Of a stretch of 64,000 nucleotides of DNA, positions 41,730 through 50,004 are shown piece by piece. Each line of letters opens with the position of its first letter. Position 1 is the first letter of the stretch. Both the position numbers and the translations under genes were made by a program. Under the pieces are notes generated by a model. The model was not told the origin of the DNA, did no database searches, and was given only the letters and a program-made list of their open reading frames with translations. This DNA is from an uncultured Chloroflexia bacterium (GTDB taxonomy: Bacteria > Chloroflexota > Anaerolineae > JAAYZQ01), in contig CAVPBH010000002.1 of assembly GCA_963701775.1 (NCBI GenBank), positions 9,340 to 73,339 of the forward strand. Reading direction: 5' to 3'.

Positions 41730-43358
41730 TTATGGACCAGCCCGCATGGCCAGCGGCGCGAACACCAGGTGTGCCTGACCCGGGACGTGTACCAGGATGT
41801 GCCGCGTCATCTCGATCGTCCCGCAGGCATTGGTGACGCCAACCGTCACCGTATAGCTTCCGGCGTTGTCGAAGCCATGGCTGATCGGGTTGCCCTGGCC
41901 GGTGGCGCCGTCCCCGAAATCCCAGGAATAGCTGAACGGCTGCTGGCCGCTCTCCACGCTGGCTGTGAACGTCGTCTGTTGCCCCTGGAAAACAGGGAAG
42001 GGCGCGTATGCAAAGCTCACTCCCTCCGCCCAGCACACTTCCTGTGCTGTGAAGCCTGTCTGCAGCGGGTTCTCGTAGTAGGACCGGTAGGTAGCGCCGA
42101 CGTTGGGCTGTCCCGCCGGTAGTATGAAGGTCGCATCGGCGAAGCTGAGCACTCCGCTCGGGTTGCTCACAAGGAAACCTGAATCCCCAAACTGCAGCCC
42201 GTCCCCGGTCGGGGGGTAGGGCTCGAACTCCGTGTCATCGTCCGCGTAGTAGTTGGCTATAGCGCCTGTGTCAATCTCGATTTCCTGCACCTCAACAAGT
42301 GTGCCGTGCGCCCCACTGATCTGCTTCCATGCGTTCACGGGCGTAGTGGCAACTGTGTCCGGCGACCCGTCGATGGCTACGCCGGCGGGCGTATTGGTGT
42401 CATAATAGATAGCCGGGGCCATGCCGCTGGCAACCGGGTCCCGCCAATCACTGGTGATGCGCAGCCAGTGGATCTCGATCTCGTCGCATGGTCCGGCATC
42501 GATGTCGTCCAGATCCACCACCGTCCGCGACTCAAAAAAGGATCCATACGACCACTGGCTGTCGGAGGCGTTTCCCCCCCCGACACGCACTCGTCCGTCC
42601 ACCGTGGGGGTCACATCCCAGGCGATCTCATTGCCCTGTTCGGAGTAAGTGTCCTGGGTGGGGTTAGGTCCGATCCAACAGGTCACAGAGGCACGAAGCT
42701 TCGTCCGGTCCACCGCATCCACGCCGCTTTGGTTGAGCTCGAGCGAGTCCAATCCGGTATGCTCCTCGGTGTCGTAGCCGACCACGTAGCTTCCGGCCTC
42801 TATCCGCTCGCCGCCCGAGTCCCAGTCCACATAATCCTCCGGTGAGGGTGAAAGTGTAGCCGAACGGTAGATGTAGACCCATCCCTTCTGGCTTGGAGCG
42901 AGCGGGTTGGTAATGGTCACCTCGTATCGGGTGTGCGCTTGAGCGTCGGCATTGGCAAGCCAGTCACCGATACCGGCTTGCTCTCCCACGTCCTTCGCCA
43001 TGAACACCAGCTCATCGTTGGTATCCAACAGGCCATCCCCGGCCTCGTACACGCCGCCAGGGCTCACCTCGTCGACCTGGAATGGGATCTGCTGCCAGGC
43101 GCCAGTCACCCATTCATAGGCGAACAGGTCGTGAATTGGCGCACCCGCAAAAGCCGGCAGCGAAGCCGCGCTCATGACCACCGGCTCAAGGTTCCGGGCC
43201 CACGTCACGCTCGGCACCGCCGCACTGCCTGCCTCAGCCCTCACGCTCGTCGTGGCGGAGGCGGCATTCGGAGGCACTGCCGCAGCCCCCACCAGCAGCC
43301 AGATCACCAGCCCCCACCGCACAGCCGGCAAGACAATCCGCAGAAACCTGACTCTCAT
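41730..43358 (-). CDS. Secreted protein: uncharacterised ~420-aa domain + PKD + C-terminal VFAPLAMR motif
   Basis: Signal peptide; YSWDFGDG PKD; AGGAGGAG RBS. Confidence 0.85.
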   Translation of the reverse strand: MRVRFLRIVLPAVRWGLVIWLLVGAAAVPPNAASATTSVRAEAGSAAVPSVTWARNLEPVVMSAASLPAFAGAPIHDLFAYEWVTGAWQQIPFQVDEVSPGGVYEAGDGLLDTNDELVFMAKDVGEQAGIGDWLANADAQAHTRYEVTITNPLAPSQKGWVYIYRSATLSPSPEDYVDWDSGGERIEAGSYVVGYDTEEHTGLDSLELNQSGVDAVDRTKLRASVTCWIGPNPTQDTYSEQGNEIAWDVTPTVDGRVRVGGGNASDSQWSYGSFFESRTVVDLDDIDAGPCDEIEIHWLRITSDWRDPVASGMAPAIYYDTNTPAGVAIDGSPDTVATTPVNAWKQISGAHGTLVEVQEIEIDTGAIANYYADDDTEFEPYPPTGDGLQFGDSGFLVSNPSGVLSFADATFILPAGQPNVGATYRSYYENPLQTGFTAQEVCWAEGVSFAYAPFPVFQGQQTTFTASVESGQQPFSYSWDFGDGATGQGNPISHGFDNAGSYTVTVGVTNACGTIEMTRHILVHVPGQAHLVFAPLAMRAGP

Positions 43359-43385
43359 GGATTCTCCTCCTCTAGAGATCTGTCG

Positions 43386-46300
43386 TTACTTGACTGCGTA
43401 CTCGGTGCACGTGCTCCCCATTCGTTCCATGCAGACCCAAAGCTGATATTCACCGATGGAAAAGTTCTGCGGGCAGAGTTCCTCTCCATCCAGGATCGTC
43501 GCCACCAGGTCGTCGTCCCGCGACGTGACGAACACCCGGTCAGTCGTCGGCTCGAAGGCCAACCCATCGCGTCCCTCAGACAGGTCGAGCGCTCGCGGCG
43601 CGTCAAAGCCTTCCGGCCAGCCTTTGGGAAGCATCAGGAACTTGTCGAATCCTCCATCCTCTCCGACGGTGGTCAGAAAGACGTGCCCTGAAGTACCGAT
43701 GTCGGAATTGACCCCGATCATCCGCAGCGGAACCGGCGTTCCATCGGAGCGCTTGATCTCGACCCAGGTGACAAATGTGTCGGTGGCGCCGTCGATCACG
43801 GCGATGCGGTTTGTGTCAATCGTCGCAGCGTATACCAGGTTGCGGACACCATCCACGGTGATGCCGTACGGCCCTTGGCTGTAGATATCCACGAGCGTGA
43901 CGTTGTAGGCGCTGTTGATGACCGCCACTTTTCCGGCTCCGTGCAGTGTCACGTAGGCCTTGTGGGTTGCCGAGTTCGCGGTGACCATGGCCGGCTCGCT
44001 GCCGACGCTGAGTGTCTTGACCACGCTGTTGGTCGCCCCATCGATGACGGAGACTGTGCCCGCCGTGTAGTTAGCCACAAAGACCCGGTTCGCTCCGGCG
44101 TCCACAGCGATGCCTCCCGGGTGAGGGCCGACGGCAATCGTCTTGACTAGCCCATAGTCGCTTGCACGCAGCACCGTGACCGTGCCATCATGGCCGTTCG
44201 CGACATAGATCTGGTTGTTGCCCGGGTTGTAGGCGACCCCATTGGGGTCGTCGCCCACGGCCACTGTCGCTATCAGCTTGTATGACTCGCTGTCCACGAC
44301 CGAAAGGGTATCGCCCTGGTTGTTGGCTACATACACGCGCTTACCGGCGCTGTTCACGGCTGCCCCGTGCGGCGTGTCGCCCACCGATACCTGCTGCCCC
44401 AACGCCGGATAGCAGTCGGGCTCTGGAGGCTCGGTGGTGCAGGCCTGTACCGAAACGTCGTCGACGTAGAAGCCGGCCCCCCCTTCGTGGTCGCCGTCGT
44501 TGTAGGCGTTGAAGTAGACCTTGATCGTTTGGCCGGCATAATCGGTCAGGTCATAGCTCATCTCCAGCCAGTCCGTGCTGTTGATGTTGGTCCGCATCAG
44601 GATAGCGATGACGGCATCGTTCTCGTCCAGCAGCAGGCATTCCTGCCGGTCGTCACTGTCCAGGTCAGATACGGGGCGGAACCAGAAGGTGAGCGTGACC
44701 GATTCTGTGTCCGGTACGCCAATGGTCTGCCTGACCGACGAATAGCTGTAGACGTCAGCCTCTCCAGGCTTGAGCCCAAGCAGCATCGACCGCGCCCCGC
44801 TGTGCTTCTGCTCCGTGGTGTAGCGCCCCGGGCGAGGCGTCAACGGTACATACCAGGCGGTGTCATCCTCGAACCCGCCGTTCTGGATCAGCTCCTCGCA
44901 GGGTGGAAGCGTGCCATAACCACAGAGCATCAGCGGCACATAGTTCTCCCGAGCCTGCTGGACTTGGACCCGGACCTCCGCGACCACAGGCGCAGCCGTC
45001 CCACATGCGTTGGTCGCGGTCAGTGTCACAGGAAAGGTGCCGCTGATGGCAAAGGTATGGCTCACAGGGCTGCCGGCGGCGATGCTGCCGTCATCTCCAA
45101 ACAACCACTCGAAGCTCATCGGCTCGCTTCCCGTCGCCTCGGCCACAAAGGTCGCCGGCTCGCCGGCTACAGGTGTGCCCGGCTCCCAGCTCATGTGGAC
45201 GTCGCCCGGCGGCTGGCACAGCACGGTGAGCGTGTCGGACACCGTTGCCTGGCCGCAGGCATTGGCCGCCTCCAGATCGACTGTGTAGGTGCCACTCAAG
45301 GCATAGACGTGGGTCACGATCTGGCCGTCCCCCTCCGAGCCGTCACCGAAGGCCCAGGTATACGTGATCAACTCCGTCCCCGATGCCTCGCCGGTAAAGG
45401 TGACCACCTTGCCAGCGTTCGGAAGGGGTGGCTCCCAAGTGAAGCTGGCGGAGGTCACCGGCTCGCAGATGACGAGCAGTTCCGCGCTGACGATCTCCTG
45501 GCCGCACGGGTTGGAAGCAGTCAATGTCACGGTGTACGCGCCGGCTTCGGCATAGTTGTGTGTGATCACGTCGCCCACGCCTGCTGTTCCGTCACCCAAA
45601 TCCCAGGCGAACTCAACCGGCTCACTGCCCAACGCTCCCGCGCTAAAGGTCACGGTCTCGCCCACCCCTGGCACCTCCGGCGACCAGGTGAAGCTGGCAT
45701 CATGCACGGGTTCGCATGGGGGGATGTAGCTCTGTTCCGTGGCAGTTGCCTCCAGCGGGCTGCCGCGGTAGCCGAGGTATGTTGCGCCCACGTTCGGCAG
45801 GCCGGGGTCGAGGAAGAAGCGGAGTGCCTCGACAACAGCATCGCCGGATGGGCTATCGATGCGAAAGCCCGCGTCGGCGAACGACCGGTAGTCGCCGGTG
45901 TCGTCAAAATCCGGGGTGTCGTCGTCGAGGTAGTAGTTGGAGAGCACGCCGCCATCGACGTCGATCTGTGCTATGTCGACCACGGTGCCCAGTGATCCAC
46001 TGACCTGCCTGTAGCCGATCACCGGGAGTAATGGCACGCTATCGGGGTTGCCGTCGATGGCTACGCCGGCAGGCCTGTTGCTGTCGTAGTAGGTCGCTGG
46101 GGCCATGCCGCTCAGGATCGGGTCCCGCCAGTCGGACGACTGGCGCAGCAGATGGACGTCGAGTTGGTCGCATTGGGCAGGTGGGATGTCGCCGTTCACC
46201 GCGACCGCTGCTCTGGACGTCGACATGGAGTAGTAGGACCAACCTTGCTGCTCCAGCGTTCCCCCGCCCACCCGAATCGGCCCATCTATCTCCGGCGGTG

Positions 46301-47072
46301 CGTAGATATCGTCCGGCAGATCCTCCTCCGTAATGTCAAAGTCATGCGGTATGCCATCGATCCAGCACATGCCGCTCACCCGGACCTTCGATCGGTCCAG
46401 GATATCCACGCCTGTCCCGTTCAGCTCCAACGAATCCACAAGGGGATGAGTCGAGGGCTCGTAGCCGACGACGTACGTTCCACCCACAATCTCGTCGCTG
46501 CCGGCACTCCAGTCGACATAGTCGGCGGCCGGGGGGGCCAGTGTCGCCGAACGGTACAGGTAGACCCAGCCTTCTTCGCCCGGATCCAGAGGGTTGGTCA
46601 CACGGACGGCGTAGCGTGCATACTCCTGCGAGTCTGGATCGGGGATCCATGCCTCTGGCGCAGCCTCTTCCCCCACGTCCATCGCCATAAAGACCAGCTC
46701 GTCGTTGCCGTCCAACAGCCCGTTTTCGGTGTGGTAGATGCCGTCACCGTCCACTTCGTCGATCTGGAGGGGAACCGGCTGCCACAGATCTCCCTCGTAT
46801 GCGTACGCAAAGAGCCTGGTAATCGCGACCCCCGCGAATTCGGGCAGCTTGTCACCCGTCAGGGTGACCGGTTCCAGGTTGCGGGTCCAGGCGACGGACG
46901 TGCCTTCCAGGACGGCTTTGGTGCCGTACCGGGCAACATCAGCCATGTCGACTTCAGAGGGTAAGGATTCGCGGAGGGCTGACTGCCCTGCACCGGCCGC
47001 AGCGGGGCCAAGTCCGACCGCCAGGATGGCGACTGCTACGAGGATGCCAACCCAAAACACTCCCTGTTTCAC
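43386..47072 (-). CDS. Large secreted protein: paralogous N-terminal domain + 3 PKD + CBM-like domain + YVTN beta-propeller
   Basis: Signal peptide after GTG with AGGAGGAG RBS; WDLGDG/WAFGDG/WLFGD; IQNGGFE..YVDDVS; VYVAN/IYVAN/VFVAN repeats. Confidence 0.88.
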   Translation of the reverse strand: MKQGVFWVGILVAVAILAVGLGPAAAGAGQSALRESLPSEVDMADVARYGTKAVLEGTSVAWTRNLEPVTLTGDKLPEFAGVAITRLFAYAYEGDLWQPVPLQIDEVDGDGIYHTENGLLDGNDELVFMAMDVGEEAAPEAWIPDPDSQEYARYAVRVTNPLDPGEEGWVYLYRSATLAPPAADYVDWSAGSDEIVGGTYVVGYEPSTHPLVDSLELNGTGVDILDRSKVRVSGMCWIDGIPHDFDITEEDLPDDIYAPPEIDGPIRVGGGTLEQQGWSYYSMSTSRAAVAVNGDIPPAQCDQLDVHLLRQSSDWRDPILSGMAPATYYDSNRPAGVAIDGNPDSVPLLPVIGYRQVSGSLGTVVDIAQIDVDGGVLSNYYLDDDTPDFDDTGDYRSFADAGFRIDSPSGDAVVEALRFFLDPGLPNVGATYLGYRGSPLEATATEQSYIPPCEPVHDASFTWSPEVPGVGETVTFSAGALGSEPVEFAWDLGDGTAGVGDVITHNYAEAGAYTVTLTASNPCGQEIVSAELLVICEPVTSASFTWEPPLPNAGKVVTFTGEASGTELITYTWAFGDGSEGDGQIVTHVYALSGTYTVDLEAANACGQATVSDTLTVLCQPPGDVHMSWEPGTPVAGEPATFVAEATGSEPMSFEWLFGDDGSIAAGSPVSHTFAISGTFPVTLTATNACGTAAPVVAEVRVQVQQARENYVPLMLCGYGTLPPCEELIQNGGFEDDTAWYVPLTPRPGRYTTEQKHSGARSMLLGLKPGEADVYSYSSVRQTIGVPDTESVTLTFWFRPVSDLDSDDRQECLLLDENDAVIAILMRTNINSTDWLEMSYDLTDYAGQTIKVYFNAYNDGDHEGGAGFYVDDVSVQACTTEPPEPDCYPALGQQVSVGDTPHGAAVNSAGKRVYVANNQGDTLSVVDSESYKLIATVAVGDDPNGVAYNPGNNQIYVANGHDGTVTVLRASDYGLVKTIAVGPHPGGIAVDAGANRVFVANYTAGTVSVIDGATNSVVKTLSVGSEPAMVTANSATHKAYVTLHGAGKVAVINSAYNVTLVDIYSQGPYGITVDGVRNLVYAATIDTNRIAVIDGATDTFVTWVEIKRSDGTPVPLRMIGVNSDIGTSGHVFLTTVGEDGGFDKFLMLPKGWPEGFDAPRALDLSEGRDGLAFEPTTDRVFVTSRDDDLVATILDGEELCPQNFSIGEYQLWVCMERMGSTCTEYAVK

Positions 47073-47238
47073 GGCTCCTCCTATGCGAAAGAAGCAGAAA
47101 CGGCAGGCATGCCAAGTCCAGCCCCGGTTCGGATGCCATCCGGCCGGCTGGACGCCACGGGCTGTTCGGATGGCTACACCAGTATCGCACAGAAGGCCGA
47201 TCAGGTCAACCTTCTGTGTGCGATCCATGCCATGGCCC

Positions 47239-47275
47239 ACGGCCTGGCGACCGTTGGCCTCGGACCGCGCATCCT
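47239..47275 (+). repeat. Diverged fragment of the rsmE 3' region
   Basis: 31/37 nt identical to 41574-41610 (GLATVGLGPRIL vs GLLTVGLGPRIL). Confidence 0.75.
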
Positions 47276-47422
47276 AGCACAGGCGGTCGAGGTGGGTGAG
47301 GCTGATCCCCTTGCCCTGCCACGAGGCCTGGTAGTGGAACGCGTTGCCCGGCATCCTGGCCGACAGGCGGGATTTCAGCCCGGCCAGCTGGGGTGGTTAG
47401 TCAAGCCTCCCCTCGGACAACA

Positions 47423-47455
47423 GCAGCGCGGACCAGGAGACCTGGTCCGCGCTGC
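47423..47455 (-). terminator. Hairpin downstream of RRM gene
   Basis: Perfect 15-bp stem GCAGCGCGGACCAGG-AGA-CCTGGTCCGCGCTGC; weak U-tract. Confidence 0.6.
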
Positions 47456-47520
47456 GGGCTATCATGGCATATCGGCGGCGCCTGGCCAATCAGGCCGGCG
47501 GGCCGTATGCATTAGGTGTT

Positions 47521-47820
47521 CTACCAGCGAGGGCGACGCGCGCCGCCGCTTCGGCGATCGTCGCGCCGGTCGGTCTGTGGCTGAGCCCGCTCGACGCGGA
47601 TCTCTCGGTCGTCCACCGACTTGCCGCTCAGGGCGGTAATCGCTGCTTGGGCAGCCTGCTCCGTGGCCATCTCGACGAAGGCAAAGCCCTTGGGCCGGCC
47701 CGTGTCGCGATCCATGATTAGGTTGACCGACTGGATCTCACCGAACTCTGCGAACAACGTCCGCAGCGTGTTTTCGGTGGTGTTATAGCTCAAGTTGCCG
47801 ACATAGAGTTTCTGTGCCAT
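47521..47820 (-). CDS. RRM RNA-binding protein
   Basis: RNP2 LYVGNL, RNP1 KGFAFVEM; GGAGG RBS. Confidence 0.95.
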   Translation of the reverse strand: MAQKLYVGNLSYNTTENTLRTLFAEFGEIQSVNLIMDRDTGRPKGFAFVEMATEQAAQAAITALSGKSVDDREIRVERAQPQTDRRDDRRSGGARRPRW

Positions 47821-47828
47821 GGTACCTC

Positions 47829-48044
47829 CTACCATCCACTTACTGCGACGTCGGTCGCACGCGGTCCCTTGGGACCCGGCTCGACGCCGAACTCGACGCT
47901 CTGGCCCTCTTCCAGGTTCTGGAAGCCCTGGCCGCGGATGGCGGAGTGATGGACAAAGACATCCGGCCCCCCCGCACGCTCGATGAAGCCGAACCCCTTG
48001 GCTCGGTCGTACCACTTGACTGTACCCGTGATTCTTTCCGACAT
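47829..48044 (-). CDS. Cold-shock protein (CspA family)
   Basis: [34 protein letters not shown]. Confidence 0.96.
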   Translation of the reverse strand: MSERITGTVKWYDRAKGFGFIERAGGPDVFVHHSAIRGQGFQNLEEGQSVEFGVEPGPKGPRATDVAVSGW

Positions 48045-48094
48045 ACTGTACCTTTCCGATCGTTTGTTAGGAGGAAGGAGCCGCCGGTCCCGGG

Positions 48095-48135
48095 AAAAGA
48101 AAAGAGCGCCCAGACCTGTAAAAGTCTGGGCGCTC
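48095..48135 (-). terminator. Intrinsic terminator in the 5' leader of csp-RRM
   Basis: GAGCGCCCAGAC..GTCTGGGCGCTC followed by TTTTCTTTT on the minus strand. Confidence 0.8.
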
Positions 48136-48178
48136 ATCCTTATTGACAGTCCAGAATCCTACTTCATCCTACGAGCAT

Positions 48179-48207
48179 AGGATATCAGATCCCACAACTT
48201 CTGTCAA
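48179..48207 (-). promoter_or_regulatory. Sigma70 promoter of csp-RRM
   Basis: TTGACA-N17-TATCCT with extended TGn. Confidence 0.7.
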
Positions 48208-48299
48208 GTTCGGGCAGGGGTGTGGCGCGGCGCAGCGCTAGTCGAGAGTCAGACAGGTTCTCGCACTCTAGCCCGCAAACGGGTGTGCCCATCACCCTC

Positions 48300-48833
48300 T
48301 CAACAGTCAAACCCAAACACCAGCCGCACCTCCCCCGGCGCCCCCAGCGGGATCAACGCCTCGATCAGGCGCAAGATGAGCCATGCCCTGTTGCGCAGCG
48401 GCTCGTACCATTCCAGCCTGACCCAGTCTGGGTCCGCCGAGTACGCCGCGAATAGGCACGGCGGCTCTCCGCTGGCCCGCATGTGCTCTACCTCCTCGGC
48501 AGGCACCGAGGCCCGGCATATGACCGGCGCGTCCAGGTCGTACTCGAGCAGCTCCTCCAGCGTGACCCAGGAGATCGAATGGTCGCCCAGCAGCCAATGG
48601 TTCTTCTTAAGGGCGGCACGCAGTTCGGGCGAGGCGTCGGGCGGCAGGCCACGTGGCTCGTCGATGGGGGTGATCGGGTCGCCCGTGTCCAGGCCGCCAA
48701 AGCCGTAGCCGTTGCGCACGTCGGCCAGGACGGCAAAGCCCCAGTAGTTGCGGTCGCGCGGGATATCGGCCTCGACCAGGTGCCAGCCACCGTCCCGGTA
48801 GCATTCCACAACAGGGTGAATGTCGGTGCCCAT
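48300..48833 (-). CDS. Hypothetical protein, MGxDIH..RNY..F..LA.VRN type (phage-like)
   Basis: MGTDIH, RNYWGFAVLADVRN, PRGLP.D.S, HSISWVTLEEL, RLVFGFD; AGGAGG RBS. Confidence 0.75.
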   Translation of the reverse strand: MGTDIHPVVECYRDGGWHLVEADIPRDRNYWGFAVLADVRNGYGFGGLDTGDPITPIDEPRGLPPDASPELRAALKKNHWLLGDHSISWVTLEELLEYDLDAPVICRASVPAEEVEHMRASGEPPCLFAAYSADPDWVRLEWYEPLRNRAWLILRLIEALIPLGAPGEVRLVFGFDC

Positions 48834-49000
48834 CTTTCCTCCTGCTCCGGCAGCTCGGAGATCAACTCGTCTATCCGCTCCAGCATGCCAAGGACCTGAT
48901 CCCAACGAGTATTCGCCGCGCCCTGGGCCAGGCTCAGGTTCGTGCTGGCCGGCGAGGCCGCCGGCGTCCACAGCCAGACGCCGTTCAGGCGCCGGTCGCA
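48830..49000 (-). pseudogene. Duplicated 3' end of gene 51656-53371 including downstream RBS/ATG
   Basis: Near-identical to 51643-51815 (LNGVWLWTPAASPA.TNLSLAQG....RWDQVL..LERI.EL.S.LPE). Confidence 0.85.
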
Positions 49001-49015
49001 TGTGCATCGCCTCCC

Positions 49016-49945
49016 CTAGGTCCGCGGTATGGAAGGGTGCTCTCTCAGCAATCTCTCTACTTCATCCGCCGTCGGCATGGATGGCTGCGCCCCGTACCGT
49101 GTGGTGGAGAGTGCTCCGGCAGCGTTGGCAAAGCGGACGGCCTCGCGCAGGGCAACCCCCTTTTCCAAAGCCACGGCCAGCGCGCCGTTGAACACGTCGC
49201 CGGCAGCGGTGGTGTCCACCGCGTGGACACGGAAACCCGGGATACGCTCGCCTGAGGCGCCATTGTGCAGATAGGCCCCCTGTTCTCCCATCTTGATGAC
49301 TACCTGCCTGGCCCCGCGTTTCAACAGGATCGCGGCGGCCCGCTCGGCCCGCGTCGTGTCGTCTACTGCGAACCCCACGAGCGCGGAGCACTCGGTCTCG
49401 TTGGGCGTGAGGAGATCGGTGAGGGTGTAGAGCTCGTCCGGGAGTGGGAGGGCGGGCGCCGGGTCCAGGAGAACGCGCACGCCGCGGGCATGCGCCAACC
49501 GCGCAGCGGAGGTCACGATTTCGAGCGGGATCTCGAGCTGCAGGAGCAGAGAGTCGGCGCCGGCCAGGGAAGCCCTCAGCAACTCCAGGTCATCCACGCC
49601 GACTCTCTCGTTCGCGCCCGGAATGATGACGATGCTGTTCTCGGCCCGATCGTCCACCGCGACCACAGCCACACCCGACGGGCCGGGGGTAACGCTCACG
49701 CGACTCACGTCGACGCCAAGTTGTTCGAGACCGTCGCGCAGTGCCAGCCCGAATAAATCCTCGCCAACGCGGCCGATCAGGGCAACCGATGCGCCCAGGC
49801 GGGCGCAGGCTGCCGCCTGATTGGCACCCTTGCCGCCTGCTGCGGTGAAAAAGCCGCTGCCGCGCAGGGTCTCGCCAGGCGCAGGAAGCCTCGGTACGCG
49901 CGAGACGAGATCCATGTTGAGCGAGCCAAGGACGACAATGCTCAT
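49016..49945 (-). CDS. rbsK: Ribokinase (PfkB family)
   Basis: GSLNMD, GGKGANQA, LQLEIP, TPNETE, DTTAAGD. Confidence 0.88.
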   Translation of the reverse strand: MSIVVLGSLNMDLVSRVPRLPAPGETLRGSGFFTAAGGKGANQAAACARLGASVALIGRVGEDLFGLALRDGLEQLGVDVSRVSVTPGPSGVAVVAVDDRAENSIVIIPGANERVGVDDLELLRASLAGADSLLLQLEIPLEIVTSAARLAHARGVRVLLDPAPALPLPDELYTLTDLLTPNETECSALVGFAVDDTTRAERAAAILLKRGARQVVIKMGEQGAYLHNGASGERIPGFRVHAVDTTAAGDVFNGALAVALEKGVALREAVRFANAAGALSTTRYGAQPSMPTADEVERLLREHPSIPRT

Positions 49946-50004
49946 CTGCTTCCCCCGAGGCGACGGACGATGTCACGCGTCCGCTCGTAGAGCAGGCCAC
50001 TCAT
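49942..50004 (-). other. 20-aa mini-ORF overlapping both neighbours by ATGA
   Basis: MSGLLYERTRDIVRRLGGSR*. Confidence 0.4.
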
